Assembly: GCA_041393775.1 (NCBI GenBank)
Contig: JAWKJM010000003.1
Location: 187,185-251,184 of the forward strand
Origin: Candidatus Nanopelagicales bacterium
Lineage (GTDB): Bacteria; Actinomycetota; Actinomycetes; S36-B12; UBA10799
Direction: 5' to 3'
DNA: 64,000 nt
Under the pieces are notes generated by a model. That model was given only the letters and a program-made list of their open reading frames with translations. It was not told the origin of the DNA and ran no database searches. Below, in pieces: positions 1-10,196 of the stretch. Positions within the stretch are counted from its first letter, which is position 1. Every line of letters begins with the position of its first letter. A program made the translations under genes and the position numbers.

Positions 1-303
1 GAGATCACCGGCGTGCACAGCGGGGACACCTTCGTCGCGGTGTATGTGACGGAGTACTGGGAGGGCGGCACCCGCAGCAGCACCTACTACGTGACCCCGA
101 CCGGGAACGGCGGCACGTTCATCGAGGACGCCGACTTCTCGGACACCTACTACGACCACACGGAGCAGCCGTACACCGAGGAGCCCAACACGGAGCAGCC
201 GTACACGGAGGACTACCCCACCGACTACCCGACGCAGTACCCGGACAACGGTGAGACGCCCTACGACGGCTACGACGGTTACGACGACGGCTCGGTCGGC
301 TGA
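1..303 (+). CDS. 3' end of a CDS entering from the left edge; acidic Tyr/Pro/Thr/Glu-rich low-complexity tail (TEQPYTE repeats)
   Basis: Frame 1 is open from nt 1 to the TGA at 301-303; G/C-rich third positions. Confidence 0.5.
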   Translation, partial: EITGVHSGDTFVAVYVTEYWEGGTRSSTYYVTPTGNGGTFIEDADFSDTYYDHTEQPYTEEPNTEQPYTEDYPTDYPTQYPDNGETPYDGYDGYDDGSVG

Positions 304-336
304 GGAACGCCGCCCCTGCGGATTCGCGGCGACTGC

Positions 337-1095
337 TCAGGGCACCTGGCCGGGCCGGAACCGCGCCGGGGTCAGCGCCCCCGCGATCTCGTTGACGGCC
401 ACCGCCCGCACGAGGATCGACCGGAACGGATTGCGGCACTGCTCCCAGAGTCCGGCCGCCTGCGTCACCACCACGAGAGCGAGCACTGCACCAAGGACCC
501 ACTTCCCGGCCCGTCGGGCGACACCGCGGGATACGGGCTCGAACCAGCCCCGCTCGCCGCCCACCACGCCGAGAGCGAACCCGGCGATCCAGGCGGGCGC
601 CTGTCCCAGGGCGAGCCGGGCCACCTCGGTGCCGAGCGGGATCTGGGTGCGCACCGCGAAGGCCGTGGCGGCCAGCGCGAGCGCCGCTACGGCCAGGCTG
701 CGCCGGGATCGGGCTTCCGCGACGGGCAGGGCGCATTGCGCGCACTGCGCGTAGGCGTAGGAGAACACGAGCAGGACGGCCAGGAACCAGGCCGGACCCC
801 ACGTCGGCGGCATGGGCCACGTCCACCACACCTCGCCAACGGCGAAGTCCCACAGCCTGCCCTCCCAGTCGGCATTCCCGGGATCCACGTGCTCGATGAC
901 GGGGGCGAACACTGCCAGGTAGACAAGCAGCGGCACGCCCAGGCGGATCGTCCGATCGACAAGGAACCGCTTGGTCCCCTTCCGCGATCGCGACGCCGGC
1001 GTGAACATCCCGGCGACGGTGAAGAACAACGCCATTCCGAACAGCGCCCTCACACCGGAGACCAGGACGAGCAGGCTCCACAGGGGCTCGCGCAC
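337..1095 (-). CDS. Acyltransferase-3 family membrane protein, apparently N-terminally short
   Basis: Multi-TM ORF with FFTVAGMF-type second-helix motif. The first ~60 codons of the 337..1275 ORF look non-coding. GTG at 1095 is preceded by GAGGA. The usual first TM with conserved His is absent. Confidence 0.5.
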   Translation of the reverse strand: MREPLWSLLVLVSGVRALFGMALFFTVAGMFTPASRSRKGTKRFLVDRTIRLGVPLLVYLAVFAPVIEHVDPGNADWEGRLWDFAVGEVWWTWPMPPTWGPAWFLAVLLVFSYAYAQCAQCALPVAEARSRRSLAVAALALAATAFAVRTQIPLGTEVARLALGQAPAWIAGFALGVVGGERGWFEPVSRGVARRAGKWVLGAVLALVVVTQAAGLWEQCRNPFRSILVRAVAVNEIAGALTPARFRPGQVP

Positions 1096-1517
1096 AGGGT
1101 CCTCAGTGAAGACCCAGTTGCCCACTCCCGTCCCCCGGGGTGTGATGGCACGCCGATTCCGGGACCAGGATGCGGGGGCGGGATCCGCACATCCTTGTCT
1201 GCGCCTGGCCCTCTCGTTGCACGTCGTGGACCCCACGACCCACAGCGGGGTCGACCCGAGCCAGGCGATGCTCAACGCCCCGGGTGCGCAAGCACCCCGA
1301 CGTCGGGCGGATCATCCCGGCGAGATTGCCGGAGGTTCACGACGTCGCGGACGTGTATGACGCGGTGGTGGTCATGGATATGCCGGGAGTCGAGCTCCAG
1401 AGGCTCACTTGGCTCACCGGGTCGTCGCTGATCACCCCCGGAGCGAGTCGCCCATCGGCATCGGGACCGAGCACGACCACCTGCCCACGATCGGGGCCTT
1501 GAGCGCCATCGACTGGT

Positions 1518-1792
1518 CCGTCGGTGGTCGTGGCCGGCTGCGGCGTTCTGACGGGAAGAACATCGGGCGGAAATCGGTCGCGTCGGTGGTCCATGGCCGT
1601 GGCCGGCCGCCCTTTAGGCCGGGAAATGCCGGGCGGAAACCGCTCGGGTTAGAGAACGTGCACGAGGTTAGAGAAACCACACGTGCGTTCACTAACCTCG
1701 TGCACAATCTCTAACCTCGCGACCATTCTCTAACCTCGCGGCCAACTCCCACGACCGCCGAGCACACGGGCCGCCGTCGGACTACCAGTCCT
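1518..1792 (-). repeat. Mosaic palindromic intergenic repeat, copy 1 (inverted relative to the other copies)
   Basis: 28-nt arms at 1648-1675 and 1688-1715 (25/28 complementary), CACGTG-containing loop, extra CGAGGTTAGAGA iterons, and two ~60-nt CCGCCC...GGGCGG modules at 1518-1647. Confidence 0.85.
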
Positions 1793-2139
1793 TGGGCCAT
1801 CGGCAGTTAGCCCGGTTGAGGGCGACGATCTGGGCGGGATGTGCCAGACCCGCCATGTCGTGCTGCTGGGGACTACCCCGTCGGCCCAGGGCATGCACTG
1901 CCCAACAGACGGACCGGCACCTGGGAGAAGCGCCAAGCTGAGCCCCGGGATGCTGCATTCCGCAGGCGCAAGGCGGGCGGTTCGGGGCGTTGCACCGCTC
2001 TTGATTCCTTGGCGGCGTGGCACCCAACGACCTGACCCGGACACAGGATAGGGACGAATGGGTGGGCACGCCGTGGCACCAACACGCACCCGCCCGCATC
2101 GAGGTGTGGCCACAAGCGCTTCCTAACGCTCGTAGGCGC

Positions 2140-2562
2140 TCAGGCGGCCAGCGGACTGCCCGGGAGGTTGCGGGCGACAGTGAACACCACGAAGGCGACG
2201 CCCCAGATCAGGGCCCACCGCGACCCCGGCCGCTTGAAGACCGCGTACAGGAGGAACAGGACCCCAGGGATGAGCAGCAGGTTGTGCCCGACGGCCTCAG
2301 TGACGTTGCCTCGAGCCAGATCGTGCAGGCCACGCAGGGAGCCACATCCTGGGCAGTCCAGGCCGAGCAGTGCCTGCGTCGGGCACACCGCCCAGGACCC
2401 CGATCGATGCGGATCCCGGATGGACACGGCCACCGCGAGGGCGAGCACCAAGCCCAACGGCATCAGTCCCGGCCCGGCGCGGCCCAGGATGCCCGCCGGA
2501 TGCTTCCCTGCATCTGCGGCCGGTACCCCGGTCGCCCCGGATAGGGGGCTCGGTGACTGCAC
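2140..2562 (-). CDS. DUF2752-family membrane protein
   Basis: CPGCGSLRG motif plus TM helices; sits immediately downstream of a CD225 gene, a common pairing. Confidence 0.7.
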   Translation of the reverse strand: MQSPSPLSGATGVPAADAGKHPAGILGRAGPGLMPLGLVLALAVAVSIRDPHRSGSWAVCPTQALLGLDCPGCGSLRGLHDLARGNVTEAVGHNLLLIPGVLFLLYAVFKRPGSRWALIWGVAFVVFTVARNLPGSPLAA

Positions 2563-2566
2563 GTCC

Positions 2567-2890
2567 TCAGTAACCGTTGCTGCCGGCCAGCACGCCGAGG
2601 ATCACGACGAAGACGAGGTATGCCACGATCAGGACGCCACCCACGACTGCAGCCCAGATGCTCCACTTCTTGGCGCTGTCCGCCGCCTGCTGGGCTTGCG
2701 CGTACTGGCCCGCCGCGTACAGCGAATCGACCTTACTCGCGTACACGATCGCGGCGATGCCGAACGGAAGGCAACAGAACAGTGTGGTGAGGATCGCCCA
2801 CACCAGGTTGTTGTTCGGCTTCGGTGCCATGCCCATGGGTTGTCCACCCTGGGGACCCGGCGGAGGCGGCGGGGGCGCGTTGTAGGACAT
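2567..2890 (-). CDS. CD225/dispanin-family small membrane protein
   Basis: Pro-rich N-terminus, then WAILTTLFCCLPFGIAAIVYASKV motif; start placed at ATG 2890 (MSYNAPPPPP). Confidence 0.75.
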   Translation of the reverse strand: MSYNAPPPPPPGPQGGQPMGMAPKPNNNLVWAILTTLFCCLPFGIAAIVYASKVDSLYAAGQYAQAQQAADSAKKWSIWAAVVGGVLIVAYLVFVVILGVLAGSNGY

Positions 2891-3231
2891 GGATCTGACC
2901 TTCCCGACAAGGTGACTGATGGCCACGAGTGCTGCGGCACTTCGTGCGCCCGACCCTAGCAGCGCTGGGACCCCCTGATGCGCGCCGAAGCGGGGTGGTG
3001 TGTCGTGGCGAGCCAGAAACGGTGGTGGCGGTCCAGCAGCGCGCCCGTGGGTCCGCCTCCGCTATCTGACCCGGGCATCCCGCCATGCGGCCCCTAAGTA
3101 CCGCCGCCCGCACGCCGCAAACGGTGAGGCCGACCCGGGCCATCGGCCGCCCAAGGACCGTAGGCTCGATGGCAGCAGGGCGGAGGCCGGCGTCATGCGC
3201 CGCAACACGCATCGCCCGGCTGGAGGTGGAC

Positions 3232-4083
3232 ATGACAGGGGTAGCCGCCGCGCTCGTCGCCGCCATCCTCTTCTCGCTCGGCGGGGTCCTGCAGCACCGA
3301 AGCGTCGCCGCCCATGCCAGTGACGCCTTCGACGCCGGGGGCATGCTCCGGGGTGTCCGGCGGCCGATCTGGTGGCTCGGCCTCGGTGTGCAGGCGATGG
3401 CCGTGGCAGTCCAACTCTTCGCCCTTTCACAGGCGCCGCTGGCCACGGTCCAGACGGTGATGGCGACCATGGTCATCTGGGTCCTTGCGTGCGCAGTGAT
3501 GCTGGAACGGGTCCGACCCAGCAGGCCCGACTACTTCGGGTCCGCGCTCGTCGGAGCCGGCGTGGTCGCCTTCGTCCTGGTGACCCGCAGCGCCTCGCAG
3601 GGTTCCCGGGTGGATGCTAGGGCCTGGGTCTTCGCCACAGCGGGGTGCGTGGCGTGCGCGGGCATCGCGATCGCCGTCGCCCGGGCCCTCCCGCCGGGCC
3701 CCGCAGCCGCTGTGCTCGGTGGTGCCGCCGGAGTGGTCAATGTCCTGGGGGCGGGACTGGCCGGGGCCGCGATCCTGCTGGGCGAGCAGGCCGGCGCAGC
3801 CGTGGTCTTCGGTTCCTGGTTGCCCTACGGCGCGCTGGCGGTCTCGCTGGCCAGCATCGCGGTGACGGTCATGGCCTTCGCTGCCGGCCCGGTGACTGCT
3901 GCCATCCCGCCCATGATCGCGGCCAACCCCGTGGTCGGGTCGGCGTTAGGCGTCCGGCTGCTCGGACAGTCCTGGGCCGGCGGCCCCGCGATGACCGTGC
4001 CGGTCGCCCTCGCCCTCGCTGTCATGATCTGCGGCATCGTCGTGCTCGCTCGCTCCCCCATCGTGGCGGAGCAGATGGCATGA
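3232..4083 (+). CDS. Polytopic membrane protein, DMT/EamA-like
   Basis: About 9-10 predicted TM helices; ATG at 3232; its stop overlaps the next gene's start (ATGA). Confidence 0.55.
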   Translation: MTGVAAALVAAILFSLGGVLQHRSVAAHASDAFDAGGMLRGVRRPIWWLGLGVQAMAVAVQLFALSQAPLATVQTVMATMVIWVLACAVMLERVRPSRPDYFGSALVGAGVVAFVLVTRSASQGSRVDARAWVFATAGCVACAGIAIAVARALPPGPAAAVLGGAAGVVNVLGAGLAGAAILLGEQAGAAVVFGSWLPYGALAVSLASIAVTVMAFAAGPVTAAIPPMIAANPVVGSALGVRLLGQSWAGGPAMTVPVALALAVMICGIVVLARSPIVAEQMA

Positions 4084-6320
4084 GTGGATCCGGCGGCACC
4101 TTCGGATCGTGGTCTGCCGACCCGCCGGCCTTCCACCTCGAGCGGAGGCCACCCGGCCAGGACATGTGGCACCAGGTCGGCAACGACCGGCTCACGGCCA
4201 CCGCCCACGCAGACGGCCGGGTCGTGCTCTATTGCGCCGAAGCGGGGCTGGTCCGGATGGGCAGTGGCACAGGGACATGGGTGACACCCGACGGAAGGAG
4301 GATGGCCGCGGCCGGTCACGCGGTGACATGGGAGGTGGGGGGCGCCACCTGGACCTCCACCGGCGAGGGTTGGCGGGTGGTCCGGCGGGTGTGGGCGCCG
4401 TTCGGGCGTGAACGGGCCCTGCGCATCGACGTGGAGGTCGTCGCCTCAGACCCGCAGTTCGAAGGCGGCAGGTACATCGAGAACTGGACCTTCGACCCCG
4501 AACCCATCGTGCTGGGCGGGCTCATGGCTCCCTTCACCCCTCCACCTGCCGACTCCGCCGTGCTCCGCAAGACAACCTGGGTCATGGCGTTCGGTGTGGC
4601 AAGTGCCGCACGGCACACAACCTTCGCGCTGCGACGGCTGCTGGCCCGGTCTCTGCAACTGCACCCACAAGCGGTCGGCAACGACCTTGCCGCGGTCCTC
4701 GAGCCGGACATGCCGCGCTGGCTGCGCGAGCGCCGGCCGTCGTTCCGGGCAGCTGTCCCGGGGCCGGTGGTGGTGGCCCCACTGGCGGGCACGGAAGCCA
4801 CGAGCCGGGCGCGCAGTGGGTGCGCGGAGGTGGTCGCTGACCTACCGGACCAGGAGGTGGCCCGGGTTTCCTTCGTGGTCGGCCTGCCGCGGGCAGGCCA
4901 GTCGCGCGCGTTCCTGCAGGGGCAGCGGGCGGTAGAGCGCGCTGACACGGACCTTCGCTGGGCCGAGGTCTGGGACCTTCGCTGCGGTGACCCGGAAGTG
5001 GAACGGGAGACCCGGTGGCACGCCGGCATGCTGCGCAGCGCGCAGGCCGCCGACGCGTGCTTCGGGACGAGCTATGTCGCACAAGGCAGCGCCTATGGAT
5101 TCGTGCACGGACTGCAAGGGGCACCGCGCGATTACGCACACTTCCTGGTGCCGCTGTGCCTGATCGATCCCGAGGGCGCCCGCTCTATGTTGCTCACGAT
5201 GCTGCAGTTGCAGGACCCGGACGGGAGCCTGCGCTACGCCCACACCGGCTTCGGCAGGGCCACCTCGGCGGGCATCCACGCGGCGCCTACGGACCTGCCC
5301 ATAGCGTTGCTGTGGGCAGCCACCGAGTACGTGTGGAGCACTGGCGACACGTCGCTGCTCGATGAGCCACTGTCCTGGCGCCCAGGGCTGCCGCAGGCCC
5401 GACCAGCACCCACCGTCGCGCAGCGCCTGCTGGCTGCCTGGCGGTACCTGCGCGACGGGGTCGGGCTCGGAATGAACGGACTGCTCCGGGTCGGCAGCGG
5501 CGACTGGAACGACCCCCTGTCGGCGATGGCGCCGAGCAGACGCCGGTTCCATGCCCGGGGCGAATCCGTGTACAACTCGGCGTTCGCCGTGCACGTGCTG
5601 CCGCGAGCCGCGCGACTGCTGGAAGGCGCCGACCCGGACGCCGCAGCGGAGATGGTCCGGTGGGCAGGATCGTTGCGCGCAGGTGTGGAAGACGCGTGGG
5701 CCGGTCGTTGGTTCCTCCGGGCCCACGACGGATCCGGTGGCGTGATCGGAAACGACCGGCTCTTTCTGGACGTCAACGCGTGGTGCCTGATCGCCCAGAT
5801 CGGCACCGAGGACCAGCGTCATTACCTGTTCACAGCGATGAGCGAGCTGCTGGATGACCCGTGTCCGATCGGCGCGCTCAGCCTCGATCGACCACTGTCG
5901 GTCCGTGGTGGGATCCTGGCACCCGGCTGGGACACCAACGGCGGTGTCTGGTCAGTGCTCAACTCGCTGCTGGCCTGGGGTTACTCCTTGCACGACCCGC
6001 GTCGAGCGCACCAGTTGCTCCACAAGCAGTTGCTCGCCACCCACGCGCGCGTCTACCCCGATCTCTGGCCGGGCGTCTGGAGCGGCCCGGACTGCTACAA
6101 CGCCCCCTACGCCAGCGATCCTGGCGGCACCTTCGTACAACCGGCGACATCGATGGCGGAGTTCCCGGTCATGAATGCCCACGCGCACGCAGGTCCGCTG
6201 TTCGCGCTGCTGAAGGTGCTCGGCCTCGAGTCCGAGCCGCAGGGTCTCGCCGCGCGCCGGGAGAGCCCCATACGGCAGTGGTCGTTGTCCACGACCCTTG
6301 GCCGGTACCAGTCGTCGTGA
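4080..6320 (+). CDS. GH36-type (GH94/NdvB-like) glycosyl hydrolase/phosphorylase domain protein
   Basis: RVGSGDWNDPLS motif typical of cellobiose/chitobiose-phosphorylase-like catalytic domains; ATG 4080 is in frame with the long ORF 3645..6320. Confidence 0.6.
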   Translation: MSGSGGTFGSWSADPPAFHLERRPPGQDMWHQVGNDRLTATAHADGRVVLYCAEAGLVRMGSGTGTWVTPDGRRMAAAGHAVTWEVGGATWTSTGEGWRVVRRVWAPFGRERALRIDVEVVASDPQFEGGRYIENWTFDPEPIVLGGLMAPFTPPPADSAVLRKTTWVMAFGVASAARHTTFALRRLLARSLQLHPQAVGNDLAAVLEPDMPRWLRERRPSFRAAVPGPVVVAPLAGTEATSRARSGCAEVVADLPDQEVARVSFVVGLPRAGQSRAFLQGQRAVERADTDLRWAEVWDLRCGDPEVERETRWHAGMLRSAQAADACFGTSYVAQGSAYGFVHGLQGAPRDYAHFLVPLCLIDPEGARSMLLTMLQLQDPDGSLRYAHTGFGRATSAGIHAAPTDLPIALLWAATEYVWSTGDTSLLDEPLSWRPGLPQARPAPTVAQRLLAAWRYLRDGVGLGMNGLLRVGSGDWNDPLSAMAPSRRRFHARGESVYNSAFAVHVLPRAARLLEGADPDAAAEMVRWAGSLRAGVEDAWAGRWFLRAHDGSGGVIGNDRLFLDVNAWCLIAQIGTEDQRHYLFTAMSELLDDPCPIGALSLDRPLSVRGGILAPGWDTNGGVWSVLNSLLAWGYSLHDPRRAHQLLHKQLLATHARVYPDLWPGVWSGPDCYNAPYASDPGGTFVQPATSMAEFPVMNAHAHAGPLFALLKVLGLESEPQGLAARRESPIRQWSLSTTLGRYQSS

Positions 6321-6602
6321 ACCCGCCGCCCGGGGGACACGTCGGGCGCTTCTGAGCGCCACCGGCTGCATAGCTGGGGGGTGGACTCGGTGGCCGAGCG
6401 GGTGGCGACTGCTTGGAGACAGCCGGAAGTGCTGACTCGAAGGTTGCGGCTGCGGCGAAGAAGAGACTGCCGTAGAGGCGCAATACCCACTGACGGATCC
6501 GGACTCGGTTGGACCCACCGGGCACCGCGCTCGTCACACGTGCGGGCCAGCCGAAGAAACGGTTGGCCGAAGACGTCAGAAGTGGCAGTCATGTCTCTCG
6601 TC

Positions 6603-8090
6603 TCACAGGTCATTGCCGGCGTAGGACTGGTTGAAGCTCTTGTTGGCCAGCGGGAAGTCGGGGACGATCGTGTCGGCCAGCGCGACGGGGAGCGCCGGCC
6701 AGTTGAAGAAGGACGGGTCGACGACCTTCACGCGGCTGAGTCGGCCCTCAGCGTCGAGTTCAACCCTGTGACACAGCGTCCCGCGCCATGCCTCCACGAC
6801 ACCGACCCCTGCCGCTGCGAGTGTCCGTCCCTGGGCCTGGTCGCGAGCGTGGGTTGGCCCGCCGAGTCGGCCGGTCAGGGCGCTGACCAGACTCGCTGAC
6901 ATCGCGGCCTCGCGGGCGCGGACAACGAATCGGCCTCGGACGTCACCGGTGTGCTCGACGGCAGGCACGAAGGCCTCGTCCAGGTGGACGAAGGGATGGT
7001 CAGCCCGCGCGTCGACGGCAAGGCCGCTCGCGCGGCCCACATAGCCGAGCACGCCGAGGTGCTCGGCCTGCTGGGCGGCAAGCACCGCCGTGCCCGAGAA
7101 GCGGTCTGCCACCACGGGATGATCGAGAGTGATGCCCACGATCTCGGCCGTCTCCTGGGCCACGGCGCGAATCAGGGCGACATCGGGCAGCGACGCGAGC
7201 CTGGCCCCGCCGATCGTAATGCCTCCCCGGAGGAGTCGGTGGCCGGTGAGCGACTTGTTGTGGCGCAGGAGTTGCTCGCGTAGCCGCTGGGTGTGGGCGT
7301 GCGCGATGCCGAAGCCGACGTCGTTCGCGATCGCTCCCAGGTCGCTGACGTGGTTGTACAAACGCTCGAGCTCCAGCAACAGGGCGCGGGCAATGCGGGA
7401 CTGCTCGTCCACCTCGATTCCGGCGGCATCCTCGACTGCCAGTGCGTAGGCGAGTCCGTGGCCCACCGCGGTGTCACCGCTGATCCGTTCCGCCAGTTCC
7501 ATCCCCTCGACGGGGGTGCTGCCCTCGAACAGCTTCTCGACGCCACGGTGGACGAACCAGAGGCGCGCCTTCATCCGCAGGATGGTTTCGCCAACGACGG
7601 AGAACCGGAAATGCCCCGGCTCGATGAGCCCGGCGTGGACCGGGCCGACGGGGATCTCGTAGACACCGTCGCCTTGCACCTCGACGAAGGGGTAGGAAGC
7701 GATGTCGCGTTCGAACCGGGGAGTGGGGTCGGCCCCGCGGAGCATCGGGTACCAGCCGGTGGGCCAATGCCCGTGTCGCACCATCCGGTAGGGCAGCGGG
7801 TGCCCGTGCGGCCGGATGCCGTACAGGTCGCGGACCTCGCGTTCGAAGCGGCCCGCTGGGTAGGACAGCCCCGCCAGGGTCGGCACCCAGGGATCGTCGC
7901 GCGCGACGGCGACGACGAGCTCGCGACGCTGGTTGACCGGGCGGAGGAAGAGGTACACCACCCGGAGGTGGTCCTCGTCTTCGTGTGCGGCGACCAGGCC
8001 GAGCCTCCATCTCTGCGCGAACAGGCGGGCCACCTCCCCGACCAGGTCGTCTCGGCGGACTTCGACCCGTTCAGTGACCGCGCGGCTCAC
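6603..8090 (-). CDS. hycE: NuoC/NuoD-fusion, HycE-like large subunit of a group-4-hydrogenase-related complex; NiFe cysteines absent
   Basis: VGPVHAGLIEPGHFRF and WFVHRGVEKL motifs; GTG 8090 overlaps the upstream TGA (GTGA); only one Cys in the whole protein. Confidence 0.85.
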   Translation of the reverse strand: MSRAVTERVEVRRDDLVGEVARLFAQRWRLGLVAAHEDEDHLRVVYLFLRPVNQRRELVVAVARDDPWVPTLAGLSYPAGRFEREVRDLYGIRPHGHPLPYRMVRHGHWPTGWYPMLRGADPTPRFERDIASYPFVEVQGDGVYEIPVGPVHAGLIEPGHFRFSVVGETILRMKARLWFVHRGVEKLFEGSTPVEGMELAERISGDTAVGHGLAYALAVEDAAGIEVDEQSRIARALLLELERLYNHVSDLGAIANDVGFGIAHAHTQRLREQLLRHNKSLTGHRLLRGGITIGGARLASLPDVALIRAVAQETAEIVGITLDHPVVADRFSGTAVLAAQQAEHLGVLGYVGRASGLAVDARADHPFVHLDEAFVPAVEHTGDVRGRFVVRAREAAMSASLVSALTGRLGGPTHARDQAQGRTLAAAGVGVVEAWRGTLCHRVELDAEGRLSRVKVVDPSFFNWPALPVALADTIVPDFPLANKSFNQSYAGNDL

Positions 8091-9529
8091 GACAGCCCAC
8101 CCAGCGCCGCCGCGGCGGCCTCGACCACAGGTGCGAGCGGCCAGGCGGCAAAGCCGAACACCGCCGTGACGCTGAGGGCCAGCACGAGTGGCAGTCGCCG
8201 ACCCGCGGGGCCTCCGGCACTGCTCGGCCCGTCCGCTGGAGGGCCCATCGTCATGGCCAGGACGTGGCGGCCAAATCCGACGAAGACGACCAGCAGCAGC
8301 AACAGGGCAATGCCCATAGCCCAGCCCAAGCCCCGCGACCAGCCGGCGAACACGATGGCGACCTCGGTGAAGAACAGTACGAAGGGCGGGAGCCCCAGCA
8401 AGGCTGCAGACCCGGCCAGGAAGGGGCGCGCCACGTCCGGCCTGCGCGCGAGCAGGGCATGGACGTCTTCGATCTTGGTAGAGCCCGCGTCGTCGAGGAT
8501 GCGGCCCGCGACGACGAACATCACGGCCTTGGACAAACCGTGCCCCAGCACATGCAGCAAGACCGCCGCGGTCGCCAGTGGCCCACCCACGGCCGCGCCG
8601 AGGGCGAGGATGCCCATGTGCTCGATGCTCGAGTACGCCAGCAGGCGCTTGTAGTCGCGCTGGGCGAGCATGAGACCAGCCGCGATCGCCAGCGAGAGGA
8701 GGCCGCCGACGACTAGCAGGCCTCGCATGAAGGTCGGACCCAGGGTCGCCTCGCTGACCGCCTGCACCCTGAGGATGGCGGAGAACGCCACCGACAGCAG
8801 AACCCCTGACATCAGCGCCGACACCGGCGCCGGGGCTTGGCTGTGCGCGTCGGGCAACCACGAGTGGAGGGGGGCCAGGCCCGCCTTGGTGGCAAACCCG
8901 AGGGCAGCCAAGGCCACTGCGATGCGCGCCAGGCCGGGGTCGAGAGACGGACCCAACGCCACCAGCTCGGCCCACGACAAGGTCGGGCTGCCCGCGGAGC
9001 GAGCCGCGGCGTAAAGCAGCACGATCCCGAGGAGCGCGATGGCCACCCCGACGGACCCCAGCACGACGTACTTCCACGCTGCCTCCAGAGCGGCTCGGCC
9101 GCCGTGGTGGCCGACGAGGAAAGCCGTGGCGATCGTCGTCGCCTCGACAGCAACCCAGACCACACCCAGGTTGTCCGCCAGCACCGCAAGGCTCATCGCA
9201 CCCAGGAAGAGCGCCACGAGCGCGGCGTAGCGCCCGTCCGGCTTCACTGTCGACGTCGGTGTCGGAAGTCCGCCCCATAGGGCCGTGACTGCCACGGCAC
9301 CAATCACCGCCAGCATGAAGGCGGCGAACGCATCCGCGCGCAACAGCCCCCCTACGGCGCTGACAGTTCCAGAGCGCTGGACGGACGCGACCAGGCCGAC
9401 CCCGCACGTGAGCACGAGCACGGCGACCACCAGGTCGGCCAGTCGGGTCCACCGACGGCCCCGAGCCATCACCGCGGCGCCGGCGATCAGCACGGGCACG
9501 ACGACGGGCAGCCAGACCAGCGCGACCAT
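8087..9529 (-). CDS. hycQ: NuoN/NuoM-like antiporter subunit (HycQ/HyfF-like)
   Basis: Polytopic, with GLAPLHSWLPDAHSQAP proton-pump motif; ATG 9529 overlaps the upstream TGA. Confidence 0.85.
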   Translation of the reverse strand: MVALVWLPVVVPVLIAGAAVMARGRRWTRLADLVVAVLVLTCGVGLVASVQRSGTVSAVGGLLRADAFAAFMLAVIGAVAVTALWGGLPTPTSTVKPDGRYAALVALFLGAMSLAVLADNLGVVWVAVEATTIATAFLVGHHGGRAALEAAWKYVVLGSVGVAIALLGIVLLYAAARSAGSPTLSWAELVALGPSLDPGLARIAVALAALGFATKAGLAPLHSWLPDAHSQAPAPVSALMSGVLLSVAFSAILRVQAVSEATLGPTFMRGLLVVGGLLSLAIAAGLMLAQRDYKRLLAYSSIEHMGILALGAAVGGPLATAAVLLHVLGHGLSKAVMFVVAGRILDDAGSTKIEDVHALLARRPDVARPFLAGSAALLGLPPFVLFFTEVAIVFAGWSRGLGWAMGIALLLLLVVFVGFGRHVLAMTMGPPADGPSSAGGPAGRRLPLVLALSVTAVFGFAAWPLAPVVEAAAAALGGLS

Positions 9530-10188
9530 CAGTCCCTCAACTCCCTCAGGTCGTCCAGGTCGGTACCTCCGGTGGCGACCTGCATCCGGCTGGTGAGAAC
9601 ACGCAGGATGAGCACGACCAGCAACACGTCGAGGCTCACACCAAGCTCGACGACGAGCGGGACCCCTCCGGCGGTCAGGAACGCCACCGTGGCGATGCCG
9701 TTGTCGAGAACGACGAAGCCGATCAGCTGCGAGAGGGCACTGCGCCGGCTGAGCAGCACGAGGAAGCCGAGGAGTACCAGCGCGAGACCTACGGGGACTG
9801 CCCGTGCCTCCGGGCCGAGGTCGGCAGCGACGACCGGCTGGCTGACGGCGTAGGCGATCATGGTGAGGACAGCGGCCAGCAGCACTCCGGCGGTGGGGTT
9901 GAGCCGGGGACTGTCCTCGCGGGTGGCTCCGGTCAGACGGGCGACCCTGGACAGGACCCACGGCAGCGCACCTGCCTTGATGAGAAGGACCAGCCCGGAG
10001 ACGGCGACGACTTCGAGCTCACCATCCGCAACCCCGATCGTGGCAACCAGTCCGGCCAGCGCAGCCCCCTGCACGGCCAGCAGCCGGATCGAGGCATGGA
10101 GCGAGCGGCGCCAGACCTGCAACACGGCGGTGAGGAGGAGCAGCCCGGTGGTGGCAGCCACCAGTTGAGCGAACAACGCGTCGGACAT
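9529..10188 (-). CDS. hycP: HyfE/NuoK-like small membrane subunit (HycP-like)
   Basis: 220-aa hydrophobic protein between the HycD- and HycQ-like genes, the same position as Rv0085. Confidence 0.7.
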   Translation of the reverse strand: MSDALFAQLVAATTGLLLLTAVLQVWRRSLHASIRLLAVQGAALAGLVATIGVADGELEVVAVSGLVLLIKAGALPWVLSRVARLTGATREDSPRLNPTAGVLLAAVLTMIAYAVSQPVVAADLGPEARAVPVGLALVLLGFLVLLSRRSALSQLIGFVVLDNGIATVAFLTAGGVPLVVELGVSLDVLLVVLILRVLTSRMQVATGGTDLDDLRELRD

Positions 10189-10196
10189 GATCCCCC

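Noticed and set aside
1793-2139. ORF-free segment examined for a structured RNA (RNase P, tmRNA, riboswitch or group II intron signatures)
   Set aside because: I could not find any conserved signature motif or convincing fold by eye. It is reported only as part of the unassigned 1096-2139 region.
6321-6602. Possible small ORF downstream of hycE (ATG at 6592, minus strand; MTATSDVFGQPFLRLART...) in the convergent gap
   Set aside because: - GC3 is only about 55%.
- The ORF would run far into the 3' end of the GH94-like gene.
- I recognised no motif.
8091-9452. N-terminal ~450 aa extension of ORF 6603..9452. The same applies to the upstream extensions of ORFs 3645..6320, 8087..9961, 9529..11010, 30510..32090, 33452..36205 and 47679..49025
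   Set aside because: - The extensions are low-complexity Arg/Gly/Pro sequence overlapping the real upstream genes.
- Internal starts with RBS or stop-start coupling give products of the expected family length.
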